DNA from: Tubiluchus corallicola | Taxonomy: Eukaryota > Animalia > Priapulida | DNA length: 64,000 nt | NCBI GenBank assembly: GCA_030141605.1 | Contig: JAQGDQ010000070.1 | Coordinates: forward strand, 496,001 to 560,000 | Reading direction: 5' to 3' | In this document: positions 60,896 through 64,000 of the stretch, one piece after another | Position numbering within the stretch: the stretch's first letter is position 1 | Layout of the letters: every line of letters begins with the position of its first letter | The notes under the pieces: generated by a model | The model's input: only the letters and a program-made list of their open reading frames with translations | What the model was told of the DNA's origin: nothing | The model's database searches: none | Made by a program: the position numbers and the translations under genes

Positions 60896-63800
60896 ATGGA
60901 TGGAAAGCCCCCTACTGACACTAAAACAGAGTTGGATGAAATGACTCCTGTTGACACTCAGGCGGGGTTTACTCCACATACAGATGGTAATTCTAATGGC
61001 TTGCCCCCTCTCGATACTGATGAGGGTCCATCTTCAAGTACAGATGGTAACTGCAGCTCTAGCGGTATCACGGATGGAATGCCACCTGTTGATACTGGAG
61101 CAAGAGCATCCTTGCGCACAGTTGCTAACCGCAGGTTCAATACCATGGTGGATGGAATCACCGTTAACACTGATGAAGTACCATCTTCACGTACAGATTT
61201 TAGTGAAGGACGATTAACATCATCTATGATAAGGAACATTTCTGCACCTGAATGCACTATTTCCACACCTGTACGTGCTGAAGATGCACAGTATGATGAC
61301 AATGCGGACATTAGACCCAGAGCCAATACCGATCCTTCTCTGACGGAGGATTCATTTTTCCAGTTGCCTGCTTCACTGAGAATCCCCAGAACACTGCCTG
61401 AAGGTTCATTTGCTAGACTCAAAGAGACATTCACTGAAAAAATATCATTGCTACCTTGGAAACGGCACACTTTACCAGAAAATGCCCGTAAGCATATAGT
61501 TGAAGGTGTCTTGACAAGCAAATGGGTTAACAATTAGATATGCGCTTTGTGAAATGCTCTGTTATATAATGCAATCCTGTCATAAAACATGTTCGTTTGA
61601 CTTTTCGATCAAATTAGAATGTTATTCCTCATGACACCTTATTTTTGCTTTTTGTTCATTGCTCCTTTGTGACAATCAGTAGAATTGTTTTCATAATGGT
61701 TCATACTGAATCAGTACCAGCAGTGAACTAAGCATTATTGACGAGTAGAGAACTTCAGTGGCTTAAGTAAAACAAATGAAACGATGTAGGTAAACATAAA
61801 TGTTTATGTATTCCAGGTCTCCCACTTAGTGGCTGGCATGAAGACATTGCCAATATTCAGCTTATGTATGCCAGGCGTCAGGTAAGTAACCGTACGTTTA
61901 GCAGTTGATAGCATATCCATGTATATCACCATTTCAGCCAATTCTTTAAACTTTGAACAGTTGAAAGCACATCATCTGTTCCTTGTGGGGATATGCTGTT
62001 GTTTGATAAATACTTTAATTGTTTGTGAGTAATTTGGCTAAATTATTCCCTATTGGACAATTTAATTTCTGATTAAGTACTGAAGTGAGTGTATTTAGCT
62101 TGTAAGATAAGTTGATTTCCTGGTATTGAAAATGATAGATCTGCTAATCATTTTTATGCATCATCATAAAATGATGGTTAATAAATCTGAGGTGATCACA
62201 TATCTTGAGTGATCATATAAAAATGTGAAAAAAGAGAATTTGTGATTACATATAAGATTTCCTAATTATGCCAGAAATCTTATTTCTTTAGCTGCATCTA
62301 GACTTTGTGCCCACTTTAAAATGTGAATCAGATTGACAGTGTATACTGTAGTCAGTCATTAGGTCTGTTGAAACACTTTATGTCATTATATTTTCATTAT
62401 GCCATTTTTAATTAGAATCTCGCACCGAAATGTTTTAACCAAGAAGTTGGTGCAGCCGAGTTTGCCGACAATTTGGTAAGGAATGCCGTCATTATACTCG
62501 ACCTGCACAAGGATACATTGCCAGAACTTATTGATACTATCCTGCATAAACTACTGGATGAGACAGAACTTCCACTTTCTGTGGATATGGCTAGACAAGA
62601 ACTGTACACAAATGATGATGGTGAGTATGCCTAATACAGCAGATAGGTTAAAACATTCGACAAGTCATTAGTATCGTAATAATAATAATAATCGTTATTT
62701 AAATTTCGCTTTTTGGATAAATATTTAAAATAAGCTCAAAGACCTTTTTGCCGACTGTAAATAACAATTCTTCAACTACATATCACAGACTATTATTACA
62801 CCACTTTTATCCTAAATACCACGTGCCAGGCACGGCAACAGCAGGTACCATTTTTAAGTCTTTGGTGTAACCTAGCCGCAGTATCGCTCATGATCTCCCA
62901 AATGGAAAGCAGACACATTACCACTAGTCTGTACCATCTTGTCCAAATGTGTTTGCTGTGTTGACCAGACTTTATGGATTTCAATGTGATTAATATCTGT
63001 GGATTAACTGACATTTCTAAAGTTCTTTGTTAAAAGGGAAGAAAATTGAATTTTGAAATGCGTCTCAAAAACTTTCCATACAAAGTTACACTACTTAGCA
63101 TTATGCTTAGCTGTTTGAAAGAGTTATGTAATTAGAAAACAAAATTCTTAATAATTTATAATATTTGCGCTAGTGGTAAAATAGTACTGCTTCTCCATCC
63201 TGGTGTGCACCACTTGTTCACTAAAAAACACATTATTGATTTTATTGACAAGATGAAGCAATTTATATTTTTGCTTAATCAGGGAAGAGTGTGTTACGAA
63301 TGCTGTGATTATTTTTTCAAACTTTGCATAATGCACATTCTGTCACGTTGTCTAAATTTGTAGCAAATGACTTGCCATAAAATGGCTGTGCATAACTGTC
63401 ATCGCGGGAGTTTAAATTTACAACAGCGTTGCTGCTCAAATTAAGTCGTTTTTTTCACTTTTCATGATGGTCTTACAAGCTTTGCTTCTTGACCACCATG
63501 CAGCATCTATTTCTTGTTGGGAAACTATTATGTAGTTTAGTAACTATGTTAGTACACTTCTGTTAAATTTTTGTAATTATATTTGGAATTTTTTCCCTAA
63601 CTATACCATGCTATAGTATACTAATGTAGTTCTGTTACAATTATTGTAACTATATCTCATTTTGTAGTTATAGGACATAATAGTTATAAAGATAATAATG
63701 CAAATTGTAATGTAAAAATACATGCTGAAGTGATAATAAATTACAATTACATTAACCCTGAATGCGAAAAGACAGCCTGTAAGTTATATAAAATTTCAAG

Positions 63801-64000
63801 ACAAATTTTTAAACCTTATTTATGAAGAATGTTTCCTTGTGCTTTAAACATATTTTTGTAATTAGCTTTATCTGATGTGCTACACAGTACAAATGTGGGA
63901 GTGTGTAAACTGGTTTTATGATTTTTCTACAGTGCACATGTTGGCTAATACGGTACAGTCATCAGGAGGAACTTACACGAATGGCGACTATGACTATGAT
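60896..64000 (+). CDS. SLC4A11: SLC4A11-like (BTR1/NaBC1) anion transporter, 5' partial
   Basis: Exons 60872/60896-61487, 61817-61881, 62416-62620 and 63933->64000 splice in phase (1, 0, 1). KCFNQEVGAAEFADNLVRNAVIILDL...LYTNDD-VHMLANTVQ...DYDYD resembles the SLC4A11 cytoplasmic N-domain. Confidence 0.75.
62798..62930 (-). mobile_element. tRNA-derived SINE (MetaSINE-like), second copy
   Basis: Minus strand: ctagtggtaatgtgtctgct...ggttacaccaaagacttaaaaatggtacctgctgttgccgtgcctggcac; shares its core with the 24412 copy. Confidence 0.7.

Noticed and set aside
60958-61533. 191-aa minus-strand ORF
   Set aside because: Antisense shadow of the SLC4A11-like exon.

Overview
AT-rich, intron-rich invertebrate animal genomic DNA; no prokaryotic systems, CRISPR arrays or rRNA. 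By hand-splicing exons at GT/GC-AG boundaries with consistent phases I find: (1) a + strand single-pass immunoglobulin-superfamily receptor (signal peptide, 5 Ig-like domains, TM, tyrosine-motif tail; 16126-30538+); (2) a ~3 kb + strand exon of about 55 x 51-bp (17-aa) Ser/Lys-rich repeats, which may be that receptor's terminal exon or a separate gene; (3) a 15-exon minus-strand KAT14/CSRP2BP (ATAC acetyltransferase, ~724 aa) with one GC-AG intron; (4) an intronless SWI5/SAE3 gene in tandem directly upstream of KAT14, a possible dicistronic/operon arrangement; (5) the 5' part of an SLC4A11-like transporter running off the right edge. The rest is dense in transposon relics: nested hAT elements with perfect 8-bp TSDs, Harbinger elements with TAA TSDs, a MULE, Helitron/Helentron, Tc1/mariner MITEs, tRNA-derived SINEs, a decayed Penelope-like RT, and microsatellites. 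Gene identities come from recognised motifs, not from database searches.
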